From Lama glama (Eukaryota), in contig CM052816.1 of assembly GCA_028534125.1 (NCBI GenBank), positions 29,390,001-29,454,000 of the forward strand: a stretch of 64,000 bases of DNA, read 5' to 3'. The notes under the pieces are model-generated. The model made no database searches. It saw only the letters and a program-made list of their open reading frames with translations, and was not told the origin of the DNA. The position numbers and the translations under genes are program-made. This document shows positions 12,512-25,700 of the stretch, in pieces; position 1 is the stretch's first letter, and each line of letters opens with the position of its first letter.

Positions 12512-13499
12512 GCGGGGCGCACGCAGGTGGGGCTGACTCCCGGAGGGGCCGGGCCGAGGGGCGCGGCGGCCAGGACCCCGACAGGCTACGCCGGGGAAGC
12601 CAATGTGCAGGAAAGAAAGAAAGTCCCATCTCAGCGCGCACTGCTGCTTTACAGAAATCACAAATGCACACGCAGTAGAAGAAATGCTTCTCAATCTTTA
12701 GGTTACAGTTTCCGACGCCCATTCAACTTTCCGTGTCTTGGGGTCTTTTACGCCAAAAAAAAAAAAAAAGATTTTAAAGCGGCTCGGCTGTGTACGTTAT
12801 TTTTACAGTCAAGTTACGTGGATATTGGTCCATGTGGCTGGAAGGATCGTATTCACAAGCCCAAGGGGTGGGGGGCTTTTGAAGAAAATGGGGAGTGGCC
12901 TCGACCCCTTATCTTTGCACGGGAAAAGCAGACAAGGAGGCTTACTATCATCCGGGCGAGTACTCTTACTCAGTCAAACCTTAGCCTGGGAGCACTAACT
13001 CCTCTGCAGTTACCCCAAAGGGCCATCCTCAGACAGAGGGGGTGATTCTCTCCTGGGCTACTAGCAACTGCCGGGGATAAATTCCTGCCAAAAAGCCAAA
13101 GGAGGGGTTGGGTGGGGAGGTATTCAGGCTTTTGAAACACGGATAGAATAGAGAGGCTGGGGAGCTTTGAGAACAGTTCTCAATTCTGCCCCCTGGTTGG
13201 GTCCGCAGGTTTCTACAACCCGCTGAGAGCAAGACGTCTTAGCTTTGTAAGGCCTTAGTGTTCTTTCTGAGAAAGGGGAACAAGAGCTGTCACAGATAGA
13301 CCTGCTCATTGAGGTATTTTGCAGAGCGTTAGTTTTATTACCAATGTAAGGCAACAGGTCCCCAAATAACACACCCGAAAGATCCATTAGGAAATTGTGA
13401 GAAAAGTTACATTCTTTTAATAAATATATTTTCCAGCTGCTTTCTTTCCCTTCATTTCCCATTTTTATATAGAAAAAGAAGAGAGGCTCTATAATAAAT

Positions 13500-13740
13500 T
13501 TAGTGAAAAGAATATACAAAGGGTATAGATTTAAAGAGTCTGAATTAAAATTCTGTTCTGCTATTTATTACTTGTATGACCTTGAGCAGATTATTTAACT
13601 TCTCTGGGCCTCCCTTTCCTCATCTGGAAAATGAGGCTAAAAAAAGTACTATTTACTTCCCAGATTTATGTTTGGTATTAAATAAGGTAATATAAGCAAA
13701 AAGTGATTTGAAAACCATAAAGTCCTACACAGATTATCAC
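13500..13740 (+). mobile_element. MIR relic
   Basis: TGACCTTGAGCAGATTATTTAACTTCTCTGGGCCTCCCTTTCCTCATCTGGAAAATGAGG core. Confidence 0.7.
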
Positions 13741-15699
13741 AAACTATTGCATCATTTAAAAGTAAATTTTTGTAAAAGATACTCTTGGGTTTTATTTCAA
13801 TGTAGGGTTTGAACAGAAAGAAGTGCTTATGCTATCACAGGCAGTGAAGGTGATGATAAATACTAATATAAGGCCTGGATGTTAAACCACCTCCTATTGT
13901 TGAGTGATTCTAACATGCCTAAGACACCAAGCAGAATTTTATTTCAATTTTACTGAAAGGGCAGGATGATAAGAAGATACAGACGGTCAGAGAAGGGAGA
14001 AGAGGAGAGACCTCTGGAAAATAGCAGCATTGTGGAGCCTTCCGGGAAACTGACCTCATCACCAAAAGGGTAACAGGCTACACTGTTCTGAAAGTTGCAG
14101 TTAACTGAATGGTTCCCTTTGCCACACGTTCTGGGTCGGGTGCTGCTAAGATGAGCATCTTCCCTCTGTAACTTCAGACTTCCCAAGGAGACATGCGGAT
14201 CATTCTGAACCCAAAGAAATGCTCCCTCACCAGCCAGAAGTGACCTTTCCTGTCTTGTGCAAGGAATCATTCTGGGAGCCCCCATCCCCCACCCCACCAC
14301 ACATAAGCCATCTGTTCCCTGCCCTCCCTCAGGGCAGCCCAGATTTCCACAGATGTCCACCAGGAGTCTGGCAGGATCTCACCAGGGCTGTGAATGACAC
14401 AAAGATAGCTCCCATTCATCTATAATTGGAGTAAGATGCAACACCTTGTCAAGGTGATGATTATGCAAATGTACACAACCCTAAATCCTGGCCCCACCAG
14501 CCACAGAGAGGACTCACTTTCACCCTCTCTTTTCAGAAAGTGCTCCCACGAGAATGATTTATTAAATGTCCTTTTGCAAGTCCAATTTTGTACAAACCAC
14601 ATAAGGTGTGTAAAAATACATGTCCTCAATGTCCGATGTGTTTTCATTCTGGGTTCACAAAAAGGCCTTCAGCCCTGCTCAGGTCAGCCAAGGAGAACAA
14701 CTGCTGAATGAACAGTCCCAGCGCTGCTGTGTCAGCCTCCTAATTCAGTTGAGAGGCATCTTAGCAGCTGGGTTGATCTTTGAACTTTCACTGTGATCCT
14801 CATGAAACCTGGCGAGAAACATCTTTTGTATTTAAATGCAGCCTAGCGGTCACCTTGGGGAAGAACATTCTGATTTAGCTCTAGAGCAAGGAATGCTCAG
14901 TTTATTTTGAAAGACTGTATCACGGCCTCTCTCCATCTTGTCCTACCCTCCTTAAACCACTCTTCTTCAGGATCCAAATTTCCAGGTATTCTACGACCTG
15001 TCCATATAAAATGTCTATGTCCTTCTTGGTAGTTCTCCCGACCTGTGTTTTACTGCTTGGAAGCATTTATTTCTTTGTTTTGCGGTTAACTGTTAAATTT
15101 ATCTAGATCTCCTTAACCACCTAAAAGGAGAAACCAGCTTACTGTGATAGTAAAATAAGGGATTCATTCAGCATCTGCCTCTAGCTCTTCTGACTTATCA
15201 GTTCACTCCTCTGAACTACAACTGTATAATATGTAACATGAGGACATCAGTTAAAATGGTGTATGTATTTTTATGTATTCTATGAAATCATTAAAAAAAC
15301 TGCCCAGGGCTTGCTTTATTTTTTCTTCATCACTCTGTATAGTAGCCTAAAAAGAGTAGATATTCAATAAATATTCCTGAATAAGAAGGAAAAAAACTTT
15401 TATGTGGATAAGGACACTTCTCAGTCACCTGAGTATAACCTCAAAGCCACCTGCCCCAGGAAACTACACTGCCCCATGTCCCCCCTATACCCCTGCAGGA
15501 TGGTGACAAAGGGCTTCCCTGGTCTTCTTAACTCCTAGACATATACTAGGTCAGTCACTTCACCTTGATTTTGTCTGCTTTTGCTCAACAGGGAATTAGT
15601 TACTTTTTAGCCCAGTAAATACGCTCCAGTACATTATAATGATTTGTTCTCTCCTGTAGGTAGAGCCTGGTCACTTTTTTGTGTTTAAGAAACACTCCA

Positions 15700-15803
15700 G
15701 GGGGGTGGGTATAGCTCAGTGGTAGAGCGCATGCTTAGCATGCATGAGGTCTTGGGTTCGATCCCCAGCACCCACATTAAAAATAAAACAAAACAAAACA
15801 AAA
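15700..15803 (+). mobile_element. tRNA-Ala-derived camelid SINE (Vic-1-like), short form
   Basis: GGGTATAGCTCAGTGGTAGAGCGCATGCTTAGCATGCATGAGGTCTTGGGTTCGATCCCCAG with A and B boxes, followed by an (AAAAC)n tail. Confidence 0.9.
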
Positions 15804-16336
15804 TACCCCAACACTGCCTGGCTTGGAACATGCTTGGAAGTCACACTGATAATTGCTTATAAACTACCTAATACAAAGTAACAACCAAGTTAGCAACACT
15901 TCTCATTTACCAAACTGCATTTAAATACTATGTTGAACGCCTACCCATGTCCAACAGCAGATCTCCCACCTTCTGTGTCAAGATGGGAGGGTTAAAATGC
16001 TGGCTAAGATTCTGAAGGTCTGTTTTTTTTTCACGCAGTCAGCAATGATCAAATATTTACATGTGTCACATATAAAAGGGTACTGCTCACCTGGAGCTTA
16101 CTGTCATAATTTTGGTAATTTTGATCACAGACCTAAAGAGTTCAACCTTCCAAGTGACTGTGGTTCTCAGGAAGGTTTATTAATACTGCCTCATGAATAA
16201 ACTCCATCAGAGAGTAGCAGAAAAATCTTCTCTTAAACTATACCTCAATAAAGCTGTTAAAAACCAAAAAACAAAAAACCCCTGGGCTTTGGACCCTTTG
16301 TTTAGTTTACAGTTGTCCAGATGTCTGTTAAGAACA

Positions 16337-16420
16337 GGGGAGGGTAATAGCTCAGTGGTAGAGTGCATGCTCAGCATGCATGAAGTCCTGGGTTTAATCC
16401 CCAGTACCTCCATTCAAGAG
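16337..16420 (+). mobile_element. tRNA-derived camelid SINE, short form
   Basis: Same tRNA-like head as the other copies. Confidence 0.85.
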
Positions 16421-16660
16421 AAGGTGCCATTTATTTAGGAGGTATTTAGGAGGTTAAGGTCTCTTCAGTGAAAAAATAAGCATGTCTTGTCAATTTGTTA
16501 CATTATAGACCTACAGCTTCTAGGTCATAAGAACCCCATGTCAATGGCCATTTCATAGATATTTTTATTTCTACTCTGCAGACAAGAGGTTATTACATCT
16601 GTACATAGAACATTTTAGGTCAGAAAAAAAGTTGTTTACTTAATATAAAAAGTGGCTTTC

Positions 16661-16965
16661 TCAGACTCACAGGCATAGAAAACAAATTTATGGTTATCAG
16701 GGGGAAAGGGGGTAGAGAGGAATAAATAAAGGGGGTAGGGAGTTCAAGATTTGCAGATACTAACTACTATATATAAAACATATAAACAACAAGTTTCTAC
16801 TGCATAGCACAGGGAATTACAGTCAATATCTTGTGGTAACCTATAATGAAAAGAATATGAAAACGAATATATGCATGTATATGTATGACTGAAACATTAT
16901 GCTGTGTATCAGAAATTGACGCAACATGGTAAACTGACTACACTTCAATTATTTTTTAAAGTTTA
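16661..16965 (+). mobile_element. 5'-truncated L1 3' end
   Basis: CAGACTCACAGGCATAGAAAACAAA...AGCACAGGGAA...GTAAACTGACTACACTTCAAT, shared with the other L1 copies. Confidence 0.85.
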
Positions 16966-17752
16966 AAAACAAAAGTTGCCTGCACACACAAAGGAGGCTT
17001 TCTTCTATTTGGCTTTGAGGATTTCCTCATCTCTTCCTGTGTTATGACAGCCTTGACAGTCTTTAAAGGCTTCCGTGATCTATACGTTAAGTTGGCTTTC
17101 AATCCCTCTCCTCACAGGAGGATCTGCGTTCTTGGTCTCACCTTGGTCTCAGGTTTCACATCCTTCTTACCCTCCTCAGACACTCTCTTGCAGAGGTGTG
17201 GGGCTAAATGGATGTCTGGCCACAGCCCTTGCCCTGCTCAGGTGAGCTCGCTCTCCTTGCTTTAAGAAAGTTTTATTTAGCAGAAGTGGAGAAAGGACCA
17301 TTCAGATGACAGTGGAGGACACTTATGTGCCTTCTCAGGAGACCAAGCCCTATGCCTCAAGTGGCTTTATGCTTATGCATTGCTGGTACTCAGATGAGGA
17401 GGGGGTAGTTTTGGGGAGGTAGGGGTTGCAGAATGCTGAGGAGGAGTGTGGAGATGGAGGAGGGGAACACTGCCTCCCTGGGCCCTGCCTGGGAATCTGA
17501 AGCTTGTTCTGGGTAAATGCTCTCCTCAGACTATTCCCTATGACATTTTCAGTATATCCTACAGGCTTACGAATGCTCTGGGCGTGAGGGGATAATTCCA
17601 AGGAAACAGGCAGAAGTGCTGACATCTTGGGTGAGCACACACACGGAGACAACAATACATCTAGGAGACACCTGCTTTCTAGGCTATAGTTGTTTGTTTT
17701 TATTTCTCTCCTAAGAAATCTTCCTTGCTAAAAACTTTTAGCAGATGATTAA

Positions 17753-17778
17753 ACACACACACACACACACACACACAC
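17753..17778. repeat. (AC)n microsatellite
   Basis: Direct reading. Confidence 0.95.
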
Positions 17779-17794
17779 TCAAAATCAGATCTGA

Positions 17795-18075
17795 AACATA
17801 GATAACAAACTTATGGTTACCAAAGGAGAAGGGGAGGGGAAGGGATAAATTGGGAGTTTGGGATTAGCAGATAGAGACTACTATATCTAAAATAGATAAA
17901 CAACAAGGTCCTACTGTATAGCACAGGGAACTATATTCAGTATTTTATAATAACCTGTAATGGAAAATAATCTGAGAAAAATATACATATGTAAACTTGA
18001 ATCACTATGCTGTATACCAGAAACTAACACAACATTGTAAATCAACTAGATTTCAATAAAAAAATAATTTTTAAA
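17795..18075 (+). mobile_element. 5'-truncated L1 3' end
   Basis: L1 3' UTR motifs. TSD AAAATCAGATCTGAAA / AAAATCAGGTCTGAAA. Confidence 0.88.
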
Positions 18076-18520
18076 AAATCAGGTCTGAAAATATTATCTG
18101 AAGAATTTATGACCCAGGGTCTTTCTTTTATAATATTTAGCTATGATGCCTAGCATTTATATAGGTTTCGTTCAGACTTCCCAATTAGCTCCCTTGGGTC
18201 ATCATACTCATTTTACAGGCATGTAATTAAAGAAAGGGAGGTTATACAATTTGCTCAAGGTCACAAAACTAAGTAATAATGTTCTTTAGACTACAGTAAA
18301 TGCAGACGAGGCCTCCTGCCTCCTATATCCAGACTCTCACTCTATTAAACTACTCATGTAAAATTCAACCCCTTTATTTTGCAGAAGAATAATTTAAAGA
18401 TTGCTGTACTGGGAGATTCCCAGAGAGTCTACGCTTGACATTATTCTAGCATAGACCACTCACACTGTTCTGTTCAAATGCTCATATCACAGCCTCAAAT
18501 TAAAGTTATTCCATTCCACA

Positions 18521-18610
18521 GGGGGAGGGTAATAAATAGCTCAGGGGTAGAGTGTATGCTTAGCATGCATGAGGTCCTGGGTTCAATCCCCAGTACCTCA
18601 TTTAAAAAAA
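18521..18610 (+). mobile_element. tRNA-derived camelid SINE, short form
   Basis: tRNA-like head and A tail. TSD AAAGTTATTCCATTCC (18502-18517) / AAAGTGATTCCATTCC (18608-18623). Confidence 0.9.
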
Positions 18611-19168
18611 GTGATTCCATTCCTGATATTCAATGCTTTAAACAGTCATAAGTCTCATGCTTATCCATTTATTCAGCTACATGAAACTACAAATCTTTTT
18701 TTTTTTTCTTAATTAAAAGTCCTGTCAGGACCCTGGCTAAACCACCTTGGATGTGAGGCTGCCAGGAGCCAGGAAAGGAACACCAGACTCAATTTGGGGG
18801 ACCTGGGACTGATTACCATAAACTGAAGGCACTGCCACATTTACATAAGGATACTTATTTTTCTACTCATTCTTCTCTCATGTTTCTTCTAAAAATAGGC
18901 GAGACATTTAGCCTCTCTAAGCATCTGTTTGTTCATCTGTAAAATGGAGATAATGCCACTTATTTCACAAGGTAGTAACAATAATGAAATGAGTTGAGAA
19001 TGTGATGAAGCACTGAAAATTATGAAGTCCCACTCATCATTTTTCTGAATACTTTCACAAATAAAGTAGATTATTTTAGGTTGTGGAACATTTATTTGGA
19101 ACCCTTAAATGCTGGCCCTATGGATATTCCAGACAGGTGTGGCAATTTAGTGTCTGTGGTCCTATTCT

Positions 19169-20075
19169 GATGGCCAGCAGGCACATGAGGCACATGAAAA
19201 GATGCTCAACATCACTAATTATTAAAGAAATGCAAATCAAAACTACAATGAGGTGTCACCTCATACTAGTTAGAATCGCCATTATTAAAAAGTCTGCAGA
19301 TAACAAATGCTGGAGAGGCTGTGGAGAAAAGGGAACCCTCCTACACTCCTTGTGGGAATGTAAATTTGTGCAGCCACTATGGAGGACAATATGGAGGTCC
19401 CTTTAAAAGCTAAAAATAGACTTATCATATGATCCAGCAATCCCATTCCTGGGCATTTAGCCAGAAAAAAACCTCTAATTTGAAAAGACACATGTACCCC
19501 ACTGTTCATAGCAGCACTATGTACAATAGCCAAGACATGGAAGTAACCTAAATGTCCACTGACTGATGACTGGATAAAGAAGATGTGGTATATATATACA
19601 ATGGAATACTACATAAAAAATGAAATAATACCATTTGCAGCAACTTGGATGGACCTAGAGATTACCATATTAAGTGAAGTAAGTCAGACAGAGAAAGAGA
19701 AATATATGATATCACTTATATGTGGAATCTAAAATTTTATTTATAAACCAGAAACATTCATGGACACAGATAACTATGGTTACCAAAGGGGAAATGGTTG
19801 GGGAGGGATAAATGAGGAGTTTGATATTAACAGATACACACTACCATGTATAAAATAGATCAACAATAAGATCCTACTGTGCAGCACAGGGAACTATATT
19901 CAATTTCTTGCAATAAGCTCTAATGGAAAAGAGTCTGAAAATACATATGTATGTATGTATATATATGTTATATATGTTATATACATATATAACTAACTTA
20001 ATTGCTCTGCTGTACACCTGAAACTAACATCGTAAATCAACTACATTTCAATAAAAAATAAAAATTTTTAAAAAG
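19169..20075 (+). mobile_element. L1 fragment: ORF2 C-terminal region plus 3' UTR
   Basis: Translates to [21 protein letters not shown]...[13 protein letters not shown] (L1 ORF2 C-terminus), followed by the 3' UTR and A tail. Confidence 0.92.
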
Positions 20076-22399
20076 TGTGTGGTTCAGTGATGGAAAGTGA
20101 AAATAAAGGGGCTGAACCTCACTGTGCCTAGGATAACCTGAGAGAGGGCACAGAGGGGATTCAACAGGAAGAAGAGAGGCAGGGCTGAGAGAGGGCCCAG
20201 AAGGCAGTGCCACACCTGACCTGTGCATCCCTGCTCACCTTCACAAAAGCAGCAAGTGGAAAAAGTGATCAATAATTATAGTCACAGAAACTCAGGCTTG
20301 GAGGTAGCCTTAGAGGCTGTTTGCTCTAATCCTCTGCTTGGCTGTGAATCCATCTCCTAGACATCACAGGCAGCAAGCATTCATCTGGGATCTCCTTGGT
20401 TACCTCTGTTAACAGAGACTCACTCCTTTAAGAGACAGCCCCAATTCCTCTCTAATCATTAGAAAGTTCCTCCTCATAATGAACTGAAATTCAAGTTTAA
20501 GGACAGCAAACCATTTCCACTCCAACCACTGACTTTACTCCTTACAGCAAGGAAATAATTTGGGGAAGAGATAAACAGATTTTTAAACTGAATTCTCTTT
20601 TTCAGCCTAGTGGAGACCCCCTCATATTGGCTTAGCAATTGCAGTCGAATGCAATGTGAGACAGTTATGCAATTTCCAGGGCCAGTCAGACATCTGCTAT
20701 TGATTATCATGAAGAATTCAGAAGCAAGCAGCTTGGCTTGAGGCAGCAACAATCTCTTTCTCTTCCATGTACTCACTCTAAGAGGGAAGAAAACGATGCC
20801 AAGACAGGTGGGGTAATGGTCCTACTTGGTGGCATCTGAGCAGTTAAGAGCTTCATTCGAGTTTCTGAACAAAATTTGAAATCCACAAGAAAAGAGAAGC
20901 AGTGCTCCGTAGGTGGAATTTGGACCACAGACTCCTGGTCAGAGATCTATTTGAAAGTCTAACCCACTCCAAGCTGTCATAATTGGATTTTAACACTGGG
21001 TTTCTGACATAGGTAGAATCTCTATTAAGTTAATATTTGTGCCAACTCGTCACTGTTTAAGAGGCAGAAAAGGCTGGGGGCGGAGGGGCAAAGCTACAGG
21101 GCTAGACAGACTTTCCTTGGCTGAAGGCAGCCAAGGCTGAAACTCAGCCGACAAACTCAGCAGGTGGTGAAAATGTGAACCAAAGCAGAACTTATCCAAA
21201 CAGGATTGCAGGGGGGAAGGGAAGGTAGTTTTGCAGGTAGAACTGAAAGGCACAGAGAAGTTTTTCCACTTGAACAGGTCAGGTTACAAAACTTAAGTTA
21301 TTCAACTTCTCCTTAAATAGAAGCTAGAGAAATATGTAATAGTTATGATGCACCAAGTTGTAAACATCACCAAAATGAAAGTATTTTCTGGGAAACTGGT
21401 AATATGAACAATAAGCCTGCCTACCTACCTAAAAAAAAGGTCATATTAAGTCCATTCATTTCCTAGTAGAAACAGAAGAAAGCTAAAAATCACTAACATT
21501 CTTAATCTGAAAACCATTTCAACAGAATTTCTACAACTGAATTCAGCAAAGTCCCATTATATGCCATTTAAGTTTCTCAATTTCAGTTATGCACCATCAG
21601 CCCAAAACAGACAGAGAGAAATAACCTAAATGGTGCTCAGCCACCATGAAAGGATTTTATGCTGCAAACAGGAGACAGAGCTGGGACTTTGCTGGTCCCT
21701 CCCTGACTCTTGTCTCTGCCCTGTCCCTCACACTGAGCATCTTGTGCACTGATGGCGAGTGTTGTGGTTAAGGTTATGCATTTTTTCATATAAAAGTGCC
21801 TCTAAAAACAAGGCAACTATTCCATCTGGTCCAAAGAAACAGGAGCCTACTCCAGTGCTAGAGGAAAACACACATAAGTCCTATCCTTACTGCAAGATGG
21901 TCTGTTATTCTTCAGTCCTGTAACTTTCTAAAAGATTCTCAAAAATAACATTGACCCCATATAATTTTTACTTTACACATGACTCTTCTGTACTCTTAAC
22001 CAAATCAGTACCATAGATTCTCATATGATAGAATGAAGTGGCCAGAGTTGCTGAAAGAGACTCACGATTTTAGCCCTGAGATCCCCCAATTTTGTGCCAT
22101 GGTGACTGAGAGCATTACAGCAAACTCACAGGGGTGTTGCAGGATATTTTAAATTTTTAAAGAAGACATAGCATTTTTCAACATCTCTCAGACACTGCTT
22201 GAACCACTAGTTCAAGCTAGTTCACAGTGTAACATGAGATTGTGCTAGATTTCTTTTGGTTACATCATTTCTTTGCAAAGCTAGGTTGCTGGCAGTTGCT
22301 GTACTAAAAAGCAAATATTATGTGAAAAGTAATATGAAACAGGAAATTAGGGTAGTGGGATCCAATCTGACTTCAGGACTTAAGAAATTGTGAGGTGGC

Positions 22400-23005
22400 C
22401 ACTGATCAATTTATTACCTCACAGCTTCAAATTCACCCTTCATTACCTGCTCTGAAAAAATAAAGAAGGGACTTTGCTTATTTTTTCTTCTGCTCGCTGG
22501 TACAATTCTAAGCTTTGTCAGTGGAGTGCCATGGAGAGACATTACAGGATGAAGAACTTCTGCTTCCTGGTTCTGGGGTGCTCATGCTGCAAACTGCTGC
22601 AAGCATACATGGCTTTTCCAGCCTCCAGCTCCTGCAACGCAGGCACCTTCTTCAGCAACTGGATCCTGCTGTACGTGTTGGTACAGCCACCAGCACCTTC
22701 TGCTGGCCTCCCCCTGGGCAGTTTTGTATCAGAGAGCTTCCAGTGAGAAGCCTCCCCACGAACAGATTTCCTCAGCATCCTAGAGGGTGAGTTTCCAGCA
22801 AGTTCTACCAGCAGAGCATCACTGTGACTTCTCCACCATCCCAGGAGCCATGGCCAGCCATTCCCTCTCCAACAAAGTCTGGAGTAGAAGAGAGGAGGGA
22901 AGCTTGCATTTGGTGGCCTCTCTCAAACCCAGGGAGAGTAGCTGTTCTTTATATTTGCCATTCCTCTGTTCTTTAGAATTCTCATTACTTCCTAACAGGC
23001 AGCCC
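22400..23005 (+). mobile_element. ERVL-class solo LTR relic (LTR41-like)
   Basis: AATTTATTACCTCACAGCTTCAAATTCACCCTTCATT...AAGCTTTGTCAGTGGAG resembles old ERVL LTR starts, from memory. Confidence 0.4.
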
Positions 23006-23019
23006 TCATCAAAGCTAAT

Positions 23020-23660
23020 ATTTCTTTTTAAATATTTTTTCTTTCTAGTACTATTTTTAATTATGGTAAAATGCACATCACATAAAATTTACCATCTTAA
23101 TCATTTTTAAGTATACAATTTGGTAGTTTTAAATACACAAACACTCTTGTGCAACCCTCACCACCATCCATCTTCAGAACACTTTTCATCTTGTAAAACT
23201 GAAACTCTATACTCATTAAACACTACCTCCCCATTTTCCCCTCCCCTTGGCCCCTGGCAACCACCATTCAACATTCGCCTCTAAATCTGACTACTCTAGG
23301 TACCTCGTGTACATGGAATTACACAGCATTTGCCTTTTTTGTGACTGGTTTACTTCACTTAGCATAATGTCCTCAAGGTTCACCCATGTTGGAGCGTGTC
23401 AGAATTTCCTTCCTTTTTAAAGCTGAGTGATATTCCATTGCATGTATAGACCACATTTTGTTTGCCCATTCATCCATCAATGGACGCTTTAGTTGCTTCT
23501 ACCTTTTGGCTATTGTGAATAATTCTGCTATTAAACCTGGGTGTACAAATATATGTTCAAGTCCCTGCTTTCAATTCTTTTGGGTAGGTACCCAGAAGTG
23601 GATCACTAGGTCAGATGGTGATTCTATTTTTAAGCTTTTAGGAGCTGCCATACGGTTTTG
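23020..23660 (-). mobile_element. Older L1 3' fragment
   Basis: AAATTTACCATCTTAATCATTTTTAAGTATACAA...CTTCACTTAGCATAATG, typical of antisense L1M 3' ends. Confidence 0.85.
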
Positions 23661-23949
23661 CCAGATGACACTTCTTTATATTAAACTTTCCCATTCATAT
23701 AATCCTGGGGTTCGTCTCCTGCCTGAGACATGCAGGGCCCAAAAGGTGTACACATTCCATTGGTAAGTAACTGGTGAAGGATGAAATAAAAATGTTATTC
23801 TTTAACCTTTCAACTTATGTGTCTTATTTTTTCACATGGCTACAAAGTTATTAGTACATAAATACCTGGACCTAAGCTCTTAATAAAGGAAATTGTTATG
23901 TATTTCCTGTTTCCTAGATATGACATGAAAAATTATTGAGACCCAGTTT

Positions 23950-24103
23950 GGGGAGGTATAGCTCAGTGGTAGAGTGTATGCCTAGCATGCATGCAGTCCT
24001 GGGTTCAATCCCCAGGACATCCGTTAAAATAAATAAACAAATAAATAAACTTAATTACCTCCCCCCGCCCCCAAAAACAACACACACACACACAAAATTT
24101 TTT
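23950..24103 (+). mobile_element. tRNA-derived camelid SINE, long form
   Basis: Head plus an AAATAAAC-TAATTACCTCCCC module. TSD AAATTATTGAGAC / AAATTACTGAGAC. Confidence 0.9.
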
Positions 24104-25700
24104 AAATTACTGAGACACTAAGGGCTCCATAAGTGAAGATGTCAGGAACCTTTGCTCCAGCCCACGTTTCCAGCTGCCATTAGGAACTGTCTCCTTGGAT
24201 GTTTCCTTAGTCTCATCTTGTCTAGGAGTAATCGTACACCTGAAGGCACAGACAGTACCCTCTCCCACCCCAATATCTTGATTCTCTTCATAATATTAAA
24301 TTTTTTCTTACTTCGGCAATGGTGACTAGAAACCTATGATTATCACTGACTTATGCTGTTCTGTCTCCCCTTATTTCTAATCTCACTAAGTCCCACAGAC
24401 AAAATGTTTCCTGGGTAGGCCTTTTTTCCCTCCATCCCCACAGCTGTTAGTCAAACTGTCATCTGTAGCTGGTATTCTCTAATAGATTTAAGCTGATTTC
24501 CCTTAAAGGAGCGCATGGGTTGAAAATTCAAATGCTCACTGAGGCTAGAAATACGATAATTCATACCTGTCACAACCACTGGCTGTCTCAGTCCCTGCAC
24601 CCACGAAGATGGCAGAGATGAGCAGGCTGGGGGCCAGGTGCACAGGACGCAGCTGGACCACCGACCTCTCTCTCCCAAAGAAAGCATCGGCAAAGCAAAT
24701 GAGTGTGAATGACGCTGCTACTGGAAAAATCATGTCCCCGCCCCCAACACACACACAAGTGGATATGAATGATTTGAAAAGTAAATAATCATTCAGAAAT
24801 GCTGACACTTGTTTTCATTAACTGGAAATTACTGGAAATAGATCTTATGACACATCATAATATCTTGTGCAGTCACACTGTGGGAGCAGGGCTGCAAGTC
24901 TTTTTTTTTTTTTTTCTGCTATGTTACCTCCTTTTTTTTTTTTAACCCCAAAGCTTAGCTTGGGTCTCAACTCCTCCCTAAAGCCTACCAAAGCCCACAG
25001 TGAACTAAACATTCACTGTGAATTTCTACCATACTTAATTAAAGTTGTTACTCTTGATGTTAGCTGTCTTCTGCGGCAAATTTGTAAACTATTTGAAATG
25101 CAATATTGTATCCTGTATTTTTTTCCTCCTTTCTAGACAGGGGAACACACTGTATGCTGTGAAGGCAGTACATAACTAATAAAATAATCATCTAATCATT
25201 TCATAATATTGAATTATGACACATATACAAGGATAATCTTAATTTCCCCTTACCCAAAAAGTACATTACAAGGAACTGTGTACAAAAATTATCTGTTATC
25301 TTCAAAGACAGAAAACAAGAAAAGAAAATTTGCATTGCATTTGGAGAGCTGAGGCTGGTAATCTGCAACAATCCAAAACTCTATCAGATAAAGAACCGGA
25401 GAAGAAAATAATTCTGACAGCTGCAAACCTTCTGTTTTACAAGCAGAGAATGGATGCACTTCCTTCTAACATCCTCATAAACAGAGTGCTGAGCAAATGC
25501 AAACAGCCCCAGAAGAAGTCGCTGGAGTCTCGGCTTCAACTAATGGACCGTGCTTATCTTTATAGCGGCAACCTCACCAACCCCCTACCAAACCCACCAC
25601 AGTTGTCCTAGGTGCCCTTAATAAGATGGATTGAACAAAATTCCATTTCAGATGGTGGAATTTCCAGGGCCAGCAAGGTACCAGCAGCAGCTGCCCACTT

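Larger units (their letters stand above)
12000..12740. promoter_or_regulatory. TNFAIP8: CpG island / proximal TNFAIP8 promoter
   Basis: Dense CpG and high GC against an AT-rich background. GC boxes GGGCGG 12429-12434 and CCGCCC 12442-12447, CCAAT 12600-12604, and kB-like sites at 12379-12388, 12391-12400 and 12618-12627. Confidence 0.85.

Noticed and set aside
12374..13045. 223-aa + strand ORF over the CpG island
   Set aside because: GC-rich sequence lacks stop codons by chance; the ORF crosses a tandem repeat and a poly(A) tract and resembles no known protein.
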